Shown here: one piece after another, positions 10,329 to 20,737 of the stretch
Position numbering within the stretch: position 1 is the stretch's first letter
How the letters are laid out: each line of letters opens with the position of its first letter
Source: Candidatus Dojkabacteria bacterium
Lineage (GTDB): Bacteria; Patescibacteriota; Dojkabacteria; SC72; JAFGCJ01
NCBI GenBank assembly: GCA_016929645.1
Contig: JAFGIK010000026.1
Coordinates: 14,288-78,287 of the forward strand
Length of the DNA stretch: 64,000 bases
Direction: 5' to 3'
The notes under the pieces: model-generated
Databases searched by the model: none
Told to the model about the DNA's origin: nothing
What the model saw: the letters and a program-made list of their open reading frames with translations, nothing else
Translations under genes and position numbers: made by a program

Positions 10329-10610
10329 TTACTGTTTATATACTAAATCACCCTTTTTGACGACTCCGCTGACTTTCATACCAAAATCCTTTTCTGCTTC
10401 GGCTTCTGTAATATCAGCACCATCAACCTGCATTGAATCTACAGATTGCTCGACAAGAACATTTCCATCTTTGTCATAGATCTTGATCTGATCACCAACA
10501 GTCATCTTTTCTAGAGGATGAACTACTGCAACAGAAATCTTGTCGAAAAAGTGAACAATCACTCCAACTTTTGTACCTTCAAAAGAGGCCTGATTTCCTG
10601 TTTCGTCCAT
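10329..10610 (-). CDS. Small beta-barrel protein (EF-Tu domain II-like / U32 peptidase C-terminal-like)
   Basis: VGVIVHFFDKISVAVV...EQSVDSMQVDG...GMKV...VKKGDLVYK pattern. Confidence 0.7.
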   Translation of the reverse strand: MDETGNQASFEGTKVGVIVHFFDKISVAVVHPLEKMTVGDQIKIYDKDGNVLVEQSVDSMQVDGADITEAEAEKDFGMKVSGVVKKGDLVYKQ

Positions 10611-10754
10611 TAGTATAAATATTAAAACTTAGTAATATTTATACTAACATTAACAATGCAGTTATTCAACACGGAAAATAAAAATTATAAGCTTTGAAAA
10701 AAATGGTAGGAAAAGTGTACAGTTCTTATATCTCTATTATCAATTTTTGATTAA

Positions 10755-10813
10755 CCGTGTCCTTTAGCTCCAACTCTTGAATTGCACTCATGGTGCGAAG
10801 CTAAAGGACACGG
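10755..10813. repeat. Perfect 15-bp inverted repeat enclosing a small internal hairpin
   Basis: ccgtgtcctttagct (10755-10769) / agctaaaggacacgg (10799-10813); internal gcac-tcatg-gtgc. Confidence 0.85.
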
Positions 10814-10832
10814 AAATGGCGGCGCAAGGATT

Positions 10833-11090
10833 TTAATTGCACCAAGAGGAAAGAACTATCGCCCCGACGAGGGCGATAGGTAGGGCGAAGAGTGGGAAAT
10901 TCCATATGTTATGAGTTATTACCAAGCTAAGGGGCGCCCCTATGACCGCTCCAAGTGGGAGCAATGGTAACGTCCAATAGACCACTCTCTTTAGCCACTC
11001 GATTCGCTTCTCGCGGCGGATAGTATTGAGCTCAGAGAGCCAATGGCTAATGTTCCTATCTTCTTGACTATAGTCTTCGTTGTCGTCCAT
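10833..11090 (-). CDS. Small two-TM hypothetical protein, GC-richer than flanks
   Basis: Strong SD (AGGAGGTGA) just before ATG at 11090; two hydrophobic segments. Confidence 0.6.
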   Translation of the reverse strand: MDDNEDYSQEDRNISHWLSELNTIRREKRIEWLKRVVYWTLPLLPLGAVIGAPLSLVITHNIWNFPLFALPIALVGAIVLSSWCN

Positions 11091-11198
11091 ACTCACCTCC
11101 TATTTTTTTCAAGAGCATAATAATTATACCACACTATGGGGTGTATCTCAACAGGGACGAAACCGGGAAAGTTGCTCTGTGATCCACTCAATTCTTAT

Positions 11199-12047
11199 CT
11201 ACTCCTTTTGACACTGTTCGCAAATAAACGTATCCCTGCCAGAAAATTTATATTTTATGATCTTTGTTCCACATCTAGGACACTTTTTTCCATTCATTCG
11301 ATAAACGTTCATAAAATCACGCTCCTGTTCGGAAACCTCTACCCCACCCGTTTTCTCGGAAATAACTTCAATTGAATCATTAATTACTTCAACAATAGCT
11401 TGCCATAAAACCATAATCTTATTTGATTCAATAAGTTTTTTTACAGTGGTTTGTGGATGAATTCTGGCTTCCCACAAAGCCTCGTCTGCATAAGCATTAC
11501 CTATACCAGAAATAACCTTCTGGTCCATCAGCGCAGGTTTGATACTTGATCTTTCTTTATGCAATAAAGCTTTTTGAAAATTCTCCAAGGTAAAATCAGA
11601 AGATAAAGGATCTATACCAAGCTTTTGCTTTAGCATTTTTGAGTGTTTATTTTTTTCTTCGTCCTCAAGCTCAATTTTCATCCAGCCACTCCAATCCTTT
11701 ATCAATAGTGTTTTTCCATTAGCAAACGTTAATTTACAGACAAATTTGTCAAATTCACCAGAATCCCAACAGTAATCACCATGAAGCATCAAGTGAACAA
11801 CTAATGAAGAGCTATCTGAGAAATCAGGTAATTTTGATGATTTCTCTGGTCCAAAGTCAAAAATTAAAATCTTCCCATATCTTCTTATATCGAGTAGCTT
11901 CTTGTTTAGAACCGCTGTACGGACATCAGGAAACTTAGCATTTTTAATAACTTTTTCATTTTCCACCAGAATATCGCTCAAGGTAAGACCTTTAACAGCA
12001 CTCAAAATATTTCTTTTAGCAACCTCCAAATCAACAATTTCTGGCAT
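11199..12047 (-). CDS. mutM: Fpg/Nei family DNA glycosylase
   Basis: N-terminal MPE, RYGK, HLMLHG, LMDQKVISGIGNAYADE, CPRCG..CEQCQ zinc finger. Confidence 0.92.
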   Translation of the reverse strand: MPEIVDLEVAKRNILSAVKGLTLSDILVENEKVIKNAKFPDVRTAVLNKKLLDIRRYGKILIFDFGPEKSSKLPDFSDSSSLVVHLMLHGDYCWDSGEFDKFVCKLTFANGKTLLIKDWSGWMKIELEDEEKNKHSKMLKQKLGIDPLSSDFTLENFQKALLHKERSSIKPALMDQKVISGIGNAYADEALWEARIHPQTTVKKLIESNKIMVLWQAIVEVINDSIEVISEKTGGVEVSEQERDFMNVYRMNGKKCPRCGTKIIKYKFSGRDTFICEQCQKE

Positions 12048-12065
12048 GACTACAATAATTTAAGA

Positions 12066-13133
12066 TTATTTCCAAACTCCAGCTATCTTGGAACCACATT
12101 TCTTACAAATGCCCTTATTAATATCAAGACTTTCATGTACTCTAACCTCAACATAGTCTCGTTCCACCAATAATTCATCGCAATTATAGCAATATGTATT
12201 AAAGTTTTCATTTTTCCAGGAATTTTTGCTGTATACATAGTGCAGACCGGCCTTTTTTCCTATATCATAGGCCTTAGAAAGAGAATCTCCAGAGGTCATA
12301 GGTTTATCAAGTAATTTATAATCCGGATGAAAAGCTGTAACAAACCATGGAATATCGACACTAATATTTGCTATAAAATCGGCAATTTTTTTAAGTTCAG
12401 AACTAGAGTCATTTTCTCCAGGAATCAAAAGTGTCACTAACTCAACCCATATTCCTTTTTCATATAGAGTTTTTATATTTTCAAGTACTGGCTCAAGGTT
12501 AGCCTTACAATGTTTTCTATAGAACTTATCAGAAAATGACTTTATATCAATATTTGCTGCATCAATACAATCTGACATCTCTTCTATAACTTCATTTGTC
12601 ATGTATCCATTACTGACAAAGACATTTTTAATGCCTTTTTGTTTTGCAAGTTTAGCTGTATCTAAAGCGTATTCAGCAAAAATCGTCGGCTCATTGTATG
12701 TGTATGCAATACAATCGAAGTCACTTTGCATACAGTATTCAATAATTTGCATGGGAGACATATCATACCCATATTTAGTTACTTCTATTCCAAGATCTTT
12801 AAGATTATTCTTTTTTTGCAGTTTATGTTGCATCTCTTTGGAAAGTTGAGATATATCCCAGTTTTGACAAAAGTCGCAGCCAAAATTACAACCAAGGGTA
12901 CCGATAGAAAGTGCATTTGATCCAGGTCTAAAATGATAAAACGGTTTTTTTTCAATAGGGTCCAGATGAACAGCCGCTGCATTTCCATAGACAAGAGAAA
13001 GAAGTATTCCTTGGTGATTTTGCCTTGTGCCACAAATACCAACAGCACCAGGAGCTATCTTGCATTGCCACTGGCAAGCGGTACAGGTTACAAAATCGTT
13101 TTCATTTTTCTTGTAAAACCTAGCTTCTTTCAT
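12066..13133 (-). CDS. amrS: AmmeMemoRadiSam system radical SAM enzyme
   Basis: MKEARFY start; DPIEKKP, GCNFGCDFCQNW (CxxxCxxC), YTYNEP, C-terminal Cys pairs. Confidence 0.93.
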   Translation of the reverse strand: MKEARFYKKNENDFVTCTACQWQCKIAPGAVGICGTRQNHQGILLSLVYGNAAAVHLDPIEKKPFYHFRPGSNALSIGTLGCNFGCDFCQNWDISQLSKEMQHKLQKKNNLKDLGIEVTKYGYDMSPMQIIEYCMQSDFDCIAYTYNEPTIFAEYALDTAKLAKQKGIKNVFVSNGYMTNEVIEEMSDCIDAANIDIKSFSDKFYRKHCKANLEPVLENIKTLYEKGIWVELVTLLIPGENDSSSELKKIADFIANISVDIPWFVTAFHPDYKLLDKPMTSGDSLSKAYDIGKKAGLHYVYSKNSWKNENFNTYCYNCDELLVERDYVEVRVHESLDINKGICKKCGSKIAGVWK

Positions 13134-13749
13134 CAAAATCACTTTCCTTAAAATTAAGAACAGTATACAAAGATACTTCAAATTTGGTTTGTAAATTATT
13201 GTCATCGCTTTCGCTCAGATTGCCGTTTCTTAATCGCCAGTAATCAGCATCAAGTCCAGCTTTCATGCATAAATGAGAAAGAAATGTTTCAGCATCTGCT
13301 ATTTCATCCCATACTTGTGGTAAAAAAGTCGCTTTGTGTGGGCCTGACTTAATAACAACGCCAGGATGCTCTTTTTCTAGTTTTGCTAGCAACTCATCAA
13401 TTGAAGAATACTTAAATATTTCAGGTTTGGAAAGTATAGAAATCTCAATTTCGAGTTCATTGATCTCATTTTCTTGAACGCTATTAAACCTTGGATCATC
13501 AAAAGCTGCAGCAACAGCATTCTCTGACACGGCATCTTTAATAGAATTTACAGCAAAGATATTACCAATACATCCGCGTAATTTGCCACTTTCAGTTAAT
13601 GTGACAAAGACTCCTCTTCTTTCATATAAAACAGGAAAATCCTGTTCTTTAGGATTTTCATTGAGGTTGGTTTTCATACCAAGTTTTTCCATAATGGCAT
13701 GTCGAGCTAGCGCAAGAAGATATTTTTGCTCTGACATTTTTAATTTCAT
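13120..13749 (-). CDS. amrA: AmmeMemoRadiSam system protein A (AMMECR1 domain)
   Basis: GVFVTL..GKLRGCIG, AAAFDDPRF, ATFLPQVW, LCMKAG. Confidence 0.93.
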   Translation of the reverse strand: MKLKMSEQKYLLALARHAIMEKLGMKTNLNENPKEQDFPVLYERRGVFVTLTESGKLRGCIGNIFAVNSIKDAVSENAVAAAFDDPRFNSVQENEINELEIEISILSKPEIFKYSSIDELLAKLEKEHPGVVIKSGPHKATFLPQVWDEIADAETFLSHLCMKAGLDADYWRLRNGNLSESDDNNLQTKFEVSLYTVLNFKESDFDERS

Positions 13750-13779
13750 AATGTTTTAATAAGAAATTATTCTGCCTGG

Positions 13780-14604
13780 TTAAGACTTTTCATCACTTAT
13801 AAATGCAATTGCTGCATATCCCACAACATGGTCATAGTCCCCTGATGATGAAGCCGAGGTATCATACTTAAGTAAAAGTGGCTTCCAGTTGTTTTTTCGA
13901 GCAATCTCAAGAAGTATCAGTATTGGTAATTTCCCACAGGCATTGCCAATCCTTTCAAATGCAGAAATGTCCAGAGATAAGATATGATTTATTGTCTGCT
14001 GGTCAATTTCTGTGGCAGATTCCTCTATCATGTAATGAGAAAGATCAGAACTAACAATCAGATAATCATTATTATTCATTTTATTGACTATCGATTTTGC
14101 AGCTTTTTGATAATCGACATCTCCAATTATAAGCGGAATTATTTCATACTTTGATTTTCCCATGACTTCCTGAATAAACGGAATCTGTACCTCAATAGAA
14201 TGTTCCCGTTTGTGAGCCTCGTTATCTTCAACAAACATATCCTCATCCAGAAGTTCAAAGACTTTGTTTGAAACTGTTGATGATGACAAGGGAGATTGCC
14301 ATTTTTTAGCAGTGGACACAATAATTTTATCAGTTACAACTTGATGAGATGGCCCCAAAATCCAAAAATTGTAAGGCAAAGAATTATCTGAATTCAACGA
14401 TTCCAAGGCTTTATATCCAGCTGCAGCAACTTGTGCTGAGTAGATGTAACCTGCATGAGGCACAATAAGCGCTTTTATTTTAAATGGATTTGAAAAAGGC
14501 TTAGTTTTCTTAAGAAAACTTGATAATAAAGTATCTAGCTCCTTTGAATTACTCGGATAAAAGCTACCTGCAAAAGTTGTAGTTCTAACTGGTTCTCTTT
14601 GCAT
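13780..14604 (-). CDS. amrB: AmmeMemoRadiSam system protein B (MEMO1 family)
   Basis: AGSFYP, PHAGYIYS, GPSH, EHSIEVQIPF, SSDLSHY, ACG, VVGYAA. Confidence 0.94.
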   Translation of the reverse strand: MQREPVRTTTFAGSFYPSNSKELDTLLSSFLKKTKPFSNPFKIKALIVPHAGYIYSAQVAAAGYKALESLNSDNSLPYNFWILGPSHQVVTDKIIVSTAKKWQSPLSSSTVSNKVFELLDEDMFVEDNEAHKREHSIEVQIPFIQEVMGKSKYEIIPLIIGDVDYQKAAKSIVNKMNNNDYLIVSSDLSHYMIEESATEIDQQTINHILSLDISAFERIGNACGKLPILILLEIARKNNWKPLLLKYDTSASSSGDYDHVVGYAAIAFISDEKS

Positions 14605-15163
14605 TAGTCATATTAAATATACCATATCCCAATATTGTTATGATAAATAGTGAGCCAACAAGAAGAAGAGCAAAATTACCATCAGGTGTAAATTTCTCCT
14701 TAATATCATACTCTGATGATAAATAATCAATCACTGGCTGATCTCCAGAAATCCATTCATCCTTACTTATCACAAGAAACGGTACACCGATCTCATCCAT
14801 TGCCACTTCGTTATCTGAAGTATACTGAAGAAACTTATCATTAGCCGTGGAGTCCAAAGTTGTATTTCGGATATCAAAATCGCCCTCTAATCCATTTGTT
14901 TCAATAAAGCCTTTGACTTTAGCACAATGAGGACAACCTTCTTGAACATAGAGTATATACTTTTTTTCTGTATCAAAATTGTCAAAGGTCCCACCACTTG
15001 GATTTTCATCTGCGATATCAGAATCGGGATTTGAGTCAGATTCAGACTGATCAGAGACTGACGTATCAGATTGAGCATAGATCCTATTTGCAAAAGCTAA
15101 AGATGAAAATAAACACAAAAACAGAGCAAAAACCAAAAACTTATATTTAGTAGGATTCTTCAT
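14585..15163 (-). CDS. Membrane-anchored glutaredoxin-like protein
   Basis: Signal peptide, CPHC motif, GVPFL cis-Pro loop, GD, C-terminal TM. Confidence 0.8.
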   Translation of the reverse strand: MKNPTKYKFLVFALFLCLFSSLAFANRIYAQSDTSVSDQSESDSNPDSDIADENPSGGTFDNFDTEKKYILYVQEGCPHCAKVKGFIETNGLEGDFDIRNTTLDSTANDKFLQYTSDNEVAMDEIGVPFLVISKDEWISGDQPVIDYLSSEYDIKEKFTPDGNFALLLVGSLFIITILGYGIFNMTNAKRTS

Positions 15164-15250
15164 TGAATGAAATAATTTTATTTTATTGTTAAAATGGTTC
15201 GTTACTTTATCAATCCGTAACCAAAAGATTAATTTTGCGTTAATTTATAA

Positions 15251-16216
15251 ATGACATTTGTAAATTTTGTAAATTACCTAATAGACACGATTATAGCATT
15301 GGCGACAATTACGGCAATATCAATTGTCGTAATAAATATGTTCTCAAGAAATATCAAAGAAAAATTACACACAAGATTAAGAACATTTATTAAAATGTTA
15401 AATATCCCAGCCATCTTCTGTTTATTGTTAATATCATACTCAGTACTAATCGAACCCTTTACTCTAGTTAAGGTCGAACAGGACATTGACCTTGAAGATT
15501 TCGAGGAAAATCCAACAAAGATAATATTAATATCGGATCTACATGTTGGCATATATCAAAATGGATCAAAATTGAAAAGTGTCGTAGAAGAGATTAATGC
15601 GCAAAAGGATGCAGATTATGTATTAATAATTGGAGATGTTGTGAACAGCACTGACAAATATTTTGACGAACTGGATGAGCTTGAAAATATTGATAAAAGC
15701 AAACAGGTGTATTTTGCTTATGGAAATCACGACTATCAAAAAGATGGAAATGACAAGATCATTGTTCCTGGACTAGAAGAAAAACTCATCTCATTGGACA
15801 TTATTCCGCTGAAAAACGAATACATTACAATCGAAAATGGGATAAAGATAGGGGGAATTCTTGATGTTTGGACAGAAAAACAAGATTATTCATTCATTAA
15901 TGATATTGAAGAAGAAAACACGATGATTCTCATGTGCCACAATCCTGATTGTGTTATAGAACTCAATAAAGACAAAGACCTGAAGAATAAAGTTGATCTT
16001 GTGGTATCAGGACACACCCATGGTGGAGAAATGCGACTGCCAATAATTGGATCCATCGCACCACAAGGACTTCCAACCGAACTACCAGATCGTTATGACA
16101 AACACGAACAAAACTATAACGGAATACGAATGTTTATAACGTCAGGTATAGGAAACATAGGTGTAAGAGCAAGACTTGCAAATCCTCCGGAAGTTGTAAT
16201 TTTAACAATTAAGTAA
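15251..16216 (+). CDS. Metallophosphoesterase (YkuE/YaeI-like) with N-terminal TMs
   Basis: SDLH, GD, GNHD, CHNPD, SGHTHGG motifs. Confidence 0.9.
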   Translation: MTFVNFVNYLIDTIIALATITAISIVVINMFSRNIKEKLHTRLRTFIKMLNIPAIFCLLLISYSVLIEPFTLVKVEQDIDLEDFEENPTKIILISDLHVGIYQNGSKLKSVVEEINAQKDADYVLIIGDVVNSTDKYFDELDELENIDKSKQVYFAYGNHDYQKDGNDKIIVPGLEEKLISLDIIPLKNEYITIENGIKIGGILDVWTEKQDYSFINDIEEENTMILMCHNPDCVIELNKDKDLKNKVDLVVSGHTHGGEMRLPIIGSIAPQGLPTELPDRYDKHEQNYNGIRMFITSGIGNIGVRARLANPPEVVILTIK

Positions 16217-16860
16217 TGAATAAAAGATTAATCAGAAAAGGCATAACAATAACACTCATCATCATAGCAATGATCTTCTTTATGTCACCAGCTTTTATAT
16301 ATTTTTCAGAAAAATCACAAATATACAGCAACATCAATGATCTGCCCCAAAAAGATGTGGCAATAGTTTTCGGTGCTGGCATAAATTCAGAAGGAGTACC
16401 TTCAGATATGCTTAAAGACAGATTATTAACTGCCGTTGATGTTTACACACAAGGCAAAGCAAAGAAAATCCTAGTTTCAGGAGACAATCGGTTCGAGCAT
16501 TATAATGAGCCGCAAGCTATGTTTGATTTTTTAGTAGAACTTGGAATTCCAGAAGAAGACATCATTAAGGACTATGCAGGAAGAAGAACATATGACACAT
16601 GCTACAGAGCAAACGAGATATTCGAAGTAGACAACGCAATATTAGTAACTCAGGGATATCATTTACCAAGAGCACTTTACCTTTGCAATAGTCTTGGCAT
16701 AAAAAGTGTCGGTATATCAGCATCAAGACAAGAGTACAGATACGAATTATATAATAGTACAAGAGAAACGTTAGCTTTATACAAAAGCCTTCTAGACATA
16801 ATGATCTTAAAACCCAAACCGGTACTTGGTCCAAAATTACCTATCGATACTTCGAAATAA
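16216..16860 (+). CDS. sanA: SanA/ElyC (DUF218) family protein
   Basis: AIVFGAG, LKDRL, VSGDN..YNEP, DYAGRRTYDTC, TQGYHLPRA. Confidence 0.88.
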   Translation: MNKRLIRKGITITLIIIAMIFFMSPAFIYFSEKSQIYSNINDLPQKDVAIVFGAGINSEGVPSDMLKDRLLTAVDVYTQGKAKKILVSGDNRFEHYNEPQAMFDFLVELGIPEEDIIKDYAGRRTYDTCYRANEIFEVDNAILVTQGYHLPRALYLCNSLGIKSVGISASRQEYRYELYNSTRETLALYKSLLDIMILKPKPVLGPKLPIDTSK

Positions 16861-16910
16861 CAGACAAATAATCTCGATTTACTGAAATATTTCAAATTAT
16901 CTAGTTTTGT

Positions 16911-17249
16911 CTAACTGAGATGAGATTCTACAATCTTTTTATAATCATCCTTTTGGCGAAGACCAATGAGCTGATCTACAACTTGACCACCTTTGAAAAC
17001 AAGAACTGATGGAATACTCATAATATTATATTTACCCGCAGTTTCTTTATTTTCATCTACATTCATTTTACCAACAACTATTTTATCTCCCATTTCTTCT
17101 GCAAGTTCTTCAATAATTGGACCAAGCATCTGGCAAGGCATACACCATGCAGCCCAAAAGTCTACAAGCACAACTTTTTCAGAATTCAATACTTGATCTT
17201 CAAAATTATCATCAGTTAATACCATATGTGACATTACATTAATTTTCAT
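16911..17249 (-). CDS. trxA: Thioredoxin
   Basis: VLVDFWAAWCMPC, MSIPS. Confidence 0.95.
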   Translation of the reverse strand: MKINVMSHMVLTDDNFEDQVLNSEKVVLVDFWAAWCMPCQMLGPIIEELAEEMGDKIVVGKMNVDENKETAGKYNIMSIPSVLVFKGGQVVDQLIGLRQKDDYKKIVESHLS

Positions 17250-17413
17250 AATTTATTTAAATACATTGTATCATACCACTCAAAACTTGTACTAAAAAAA
17301 TATGTACGTGACTGTCAAAAAAACCTATATTGTAAGTATAATATTAGTATAGACTTAGTATAAAAAAAGAAGTAACATCAGCCACAAGGTCAATTTTTTT
17401 TAATCAGCAAATA

Positions 17414-18424
17414 ATGAAAAAAATTCTAGTAATCGGTGGAGGAACCGGCACTTTTGTAGTACTATCATCTTTGACACATGATCCAGAACTTGATCTTGAT
17501 GCAATAGTAACAGTTACAGATAGCGGAGGAAGCACAGGTAAACTTAGGGATCAGTATGGATATCTCCCAGTAGGAGACCTTCGCCAATGCCTTGTAGCCC
17601 TGTCAAATCTAAATGGTTATAACAAGATTCTCAGATATTTAATGGTTCATAGATTCGAAAAGGGTGATTTACAAGGACATAACTTTGGGAACCTTTTTCT
17701 TATAGCCCTTACAGACATTCTAGGATCCGAAGAAAAAGCAATCCAGTTTGCTTCACGTCTATTCCAAGTAAAAGGTCATATCATCCCCATATCTAAAGGA
17801 AATGTCGATCTTGTAGCCCATTATGAAGACGGTACAACTTTAGTCGGAGAAAAATATATTGATGAACCGGATATTGAAAAGCACGATTTATCAAAAAGAA
17901 TCATCGACCTTAAGATTCAACCGACAACTAAAATAAATCCCGATGCCCAAAAAGCCATTTTAGAAGCAGATATTATAATAACAGGACCAGGAGATCTATA
18001 TTCAAGCATTTGCTCAAATTTTGTTGTACCAGGAGCCAAAGCTGCCATGGTCAAAACAAAAGCAAAGTTCATTTATATTCTAAACATTATGACGAAATAT
18101 GGACAAACTACAAATTACACCGCATCTGAACACGTAGAAGAGCTCATCAAGTACTCTGGAAAAGTTCCAGATTTCGTAATCGTCAACAACAGGAAAATAC
18201 CGAAGGCTACTGAAAAAAAATATCAGGAAGAAATGGCAATACAAGTGATTGATGACTTAACCAAATTAAAGAAAAAATATGATTTTAAGATAATAAGAGA
18301 AGATTTGATCTCAAAAGTACAAACAAGAAGACTGAAGCAAGATAGAGTTAAGCGAAGTTTATTAAGACATGATAGCACAAAAATAGCCAAGATAGTTAAG
18401 CAAATCGTTGCAGGTAAAATGTAA
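17414..18424 (+). CDS. yvcK: YvcK/GlmR (CofD-related) family protein
   Basis: IGGGTG, DSGGSTGKLR, GDLRQCL, GHNFGN, GPGDLYSS, RHD. Confidence 0.92.
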   Translation: MKKILVIGGGTGTFVVLSSLTHDPELDLDAIVTVTDSGGSTGKLRDQYGYLPVGDLRQCLVALSNLNGYNKILRYLMVHRFEKGDLQGHNFGNLFLIALTDILGSEEKAIQFASRLFQVKGHIIPISKGNVDLVAHYEDGTTLVGEKYIDEPDIEKHDLSKRIIDLKIQPTTKINPDAQKAILEADIIITGPGDLYSSICSNFVVPGAKAAMVKTKAKFIYILNIMTKYGQTTNYTASEHVEELIKYSGKVPDFVIVNNRKIPKATEKKYQEEMAIQVIDDLTKLKKKYDFKIIREDLISKVQTRRLKQDRVKRSLLRHDSTKIAKIVKQIVAGKM

Positions 18425-18497
18425 ATTATTCTTTTTGTAAAATTTTCCAAAAAGTTAGGCTAAACTATTCTTACTGGTTTATTCCACTGACATTTAA

Positions 18498-19697
18498 TTA
18501 TTCCTCTGTCTTATGCTCAACTCTGGAATCTTCATAGGTCAAGATGTTAGACTCATCAAATTCAACATTCTGCAGTACCAATCTACTTTTACCATAAAGT
18601 TCAATTGTTGTATTTGATAAATCTGAATTCTTTATTGTCAGGATAGAATTATCGAATACTTGTATTTTGTTTGAATAACCGTCAAACATTTCAAATTTGA
18701 TATCATCAAAAGTCACTTCTGCACTACCGGAAATTATGCATTCATCGCAATATAGTTTGGATTTATTTATTCCTAAGTTAGAATCATCATATATATAAAT
18801 TTGACCAATACTGCCATCATTCAAGATTAAACTGTCGTCACCTCGTAGCAAAAACTCTGCCATCAATATGTTTGAATTTTGCCAGGATAAATCCGACCCT
18901 AAATCATCAAAGCTTCCATTGTTTGAATCAAATATCTCGGAAAGATTAATCTCTTTTTCATCAGCTAACAATCCATTCACAAGAAAAGAGACAACAACAT
19001 AGGAAGAATCAACAATATTTACATCATTACCTTTAGCCATAAGTATTTTATAAAAAGGGATATTTGAGCTTTTTGATTCGAATTTCCATCCGCTCTCAGA
19101 TTCGAGCTGCATATCAATATTTTCACCAGATTTTAAATCTTTAAATGTTTCTTTTTCATCAGAAGAAAAAGCTGGGATCAACGTCGAGTCTTCAATATAA
19201 ACTATAGAATTGCCGTATACTCTCACCTCTCCAATTTCGCTGTCATAAGCGGTAAGTTTTGAACGATTGTTCAATGTTATCCATGAATTATCTTTAATTG
19301 AAGAGTTTTTTATTTCAATCTGAGGATTTTTATCGTCTCTTTGAGATAGGGAGAAAAAGTATCTAAAATTTTCACTAGTGATCGATGAATTAACAATCTT
19401 AAGTTTAGTATCACCTTCAACAAAAAAACCAAATAGATTATCAGCTTTTGAATCTATTGAAACCGAAGAATCTTCTATCATTAACGACCCTTTATCGTAA
19501 ATTAGAACATTTTCGGATATGATTTTGTCTTCATTTGATATTTTTTCCTGGCCTTTTGCAATTTCCCAGCCAAGATCTGGAGAATACAGAAGGCCAAAGA
19601 GTACCATTCCGACAATAATTAGTAGCACAACAACAATATCTGTAATAGCGTGACGTTTAAAATTATCTGGAATTTTGAATTTGAAATTTTTTAACAT
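18498..19697 (-). CDS. Membrane-anchored hypothetical protein, probable beta-helix
   Basis: N-terminal TM; repeated I-x-N/D-S-x-I beta-strand pattern. Confidence 0.6.
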   Translation of the reverse strand: MLKNFKFKIPDNFKRHAITDIVVVLLIIVGMVLFGLLYSPDLGWEIAKGQEKISNEDKIISENVLIYDKGSLMIEDSSVSIDSKADNLFGFFVEGDTKLKIVNSSITSENFRYFFSLSQRDDKNPQIEIKNSSIKDNSWITLNNRSKLTAYDSEIGEVRVYGNSIVYIEDSTLIPAFSSDEKETFKDLKSGENIDMQLESESGWKFESKSSNIPFYKILMAKGNDVNIVDSSYVVVSFLVNGLLADEKEINLSEIFDSNNGSFDDLGSDLSWQNSNILMAEFLLRGDDSLILNDGSIGQIYIYDDSNLGINKSKLYCDECIISGSAEVTFDDIKFEMFDGYSNKIQVFDNSILTIKNSDLSNTTIELYGKSRLVLQNVEFDESNILTYEDSRVEHKTEE

Positions 19698-19835
19698 TTT
19701 TATAATTTTGAGATTAGTAAATTACTTCTACGCGTTAAGTAAAAAATCCATTACAACAGGATACTATCACAATTTTAACTAAATTTTTATTAAAAAAAGT
19801 TTATAAGGAACAGTCAGTGATATAATTAACTTTTA

Positions 19836-20612
19836 ATGAATGCCGAAATACTCAAAATTAATGAAAAACTAATAATTGTTAACAAACCAATAGGACTACC
19901 AACAACTTACAAAAATGAAAATGAATCAAAATCTGATTGTGTTGTTAAACAAATTGGTGAAAAATATCCAGAAATCTACAAAGTGCATGGATACAAAAAG
20001 AATGAAGGTGGACTTATATATCGATTAGATAACGACACTAGCGGAATTATTCTATTAGCGAGAGACCAGACAACTTTTGATTATTACAAAGAGAAACAGG
20101 AACACAATAAATTACTCAAAAGTTACCTTGCGATATCTATTATCTCAAAAGAAGGAATTTCAGATATTTCAATAGTGAGCAAAGATAAGTTTGCTATCAA
20201 CCCGCAAAAAATAGCGGACGATTTACCCAGTTCATGGCCTAAAGATTTTTCACTAGACTTGATCGAAAATCAATCACAGGATACTTTTGGTACAAATAGC
20301 TCAAAGTTTGCCAAAATCGATATACCCATTGCACACTCTCACAAAAGCAGTAAACGAATGATAGCAGTGATAAATCCAGGTTATAAATTCAAAGGAAAAC
20401 CAATAGAGACTACAACATTTGTAAGGGTTATCAAAACAATTAATAATCAAGCTTTTATTGAAGCTAAAATTACAAAAGGCTGCAGACATCAAATCAGAGT
20501 CCACTTAAAATCCATTGGATTACCGATTGTTGGCGATAAACTTTATGCACCAGAAAATCAAAGACTAGAGAAAATGCGGTTGCACTGCTATATGGTTGAA
20601 ATCATTGATTAG
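19836..20612 (+). CDS. RluA-family RNA pseudouridine synthase
   Basis: VNKPIG, YRLDNDTSG, GCRHQIRVHL..IGLPIVGDKLY, LHC. Confidence 0.9.
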   Translation: MNAEILKINEKLIIVNKPIGLPTTYKNENESKSDCVVKQIGEKYPEIYKVHGYKKNEGGLIYRLDNDTSGIILLARDQTTFDYYKEKQEHNKLLKSYLAISIISKEGISDISIVSKDKFAINPQKIADDLPSSWPKDFSLDLIENQSQDTFGTNSSKFAKIDIPIAHSHKSSKRMIAVINPGYKFKGKPIETTTFVRVIKTINNQAFIEAKITKGCRHQIRVHLKSIGLPIVGDKLYAPENQRLEKMRLHCYMVEIID

Positions 20613-20737
20613 CAAGGCAAATCAGTTTATGTGACACAGCTTCAACTTATAATTAGAAGCCACAACCGATGGAAGAAAAGTGCGTACTGAAAGAAGACTA
20701 TTTCAATAAAATCAGATTTTCTACTTGTGAAAAACTT

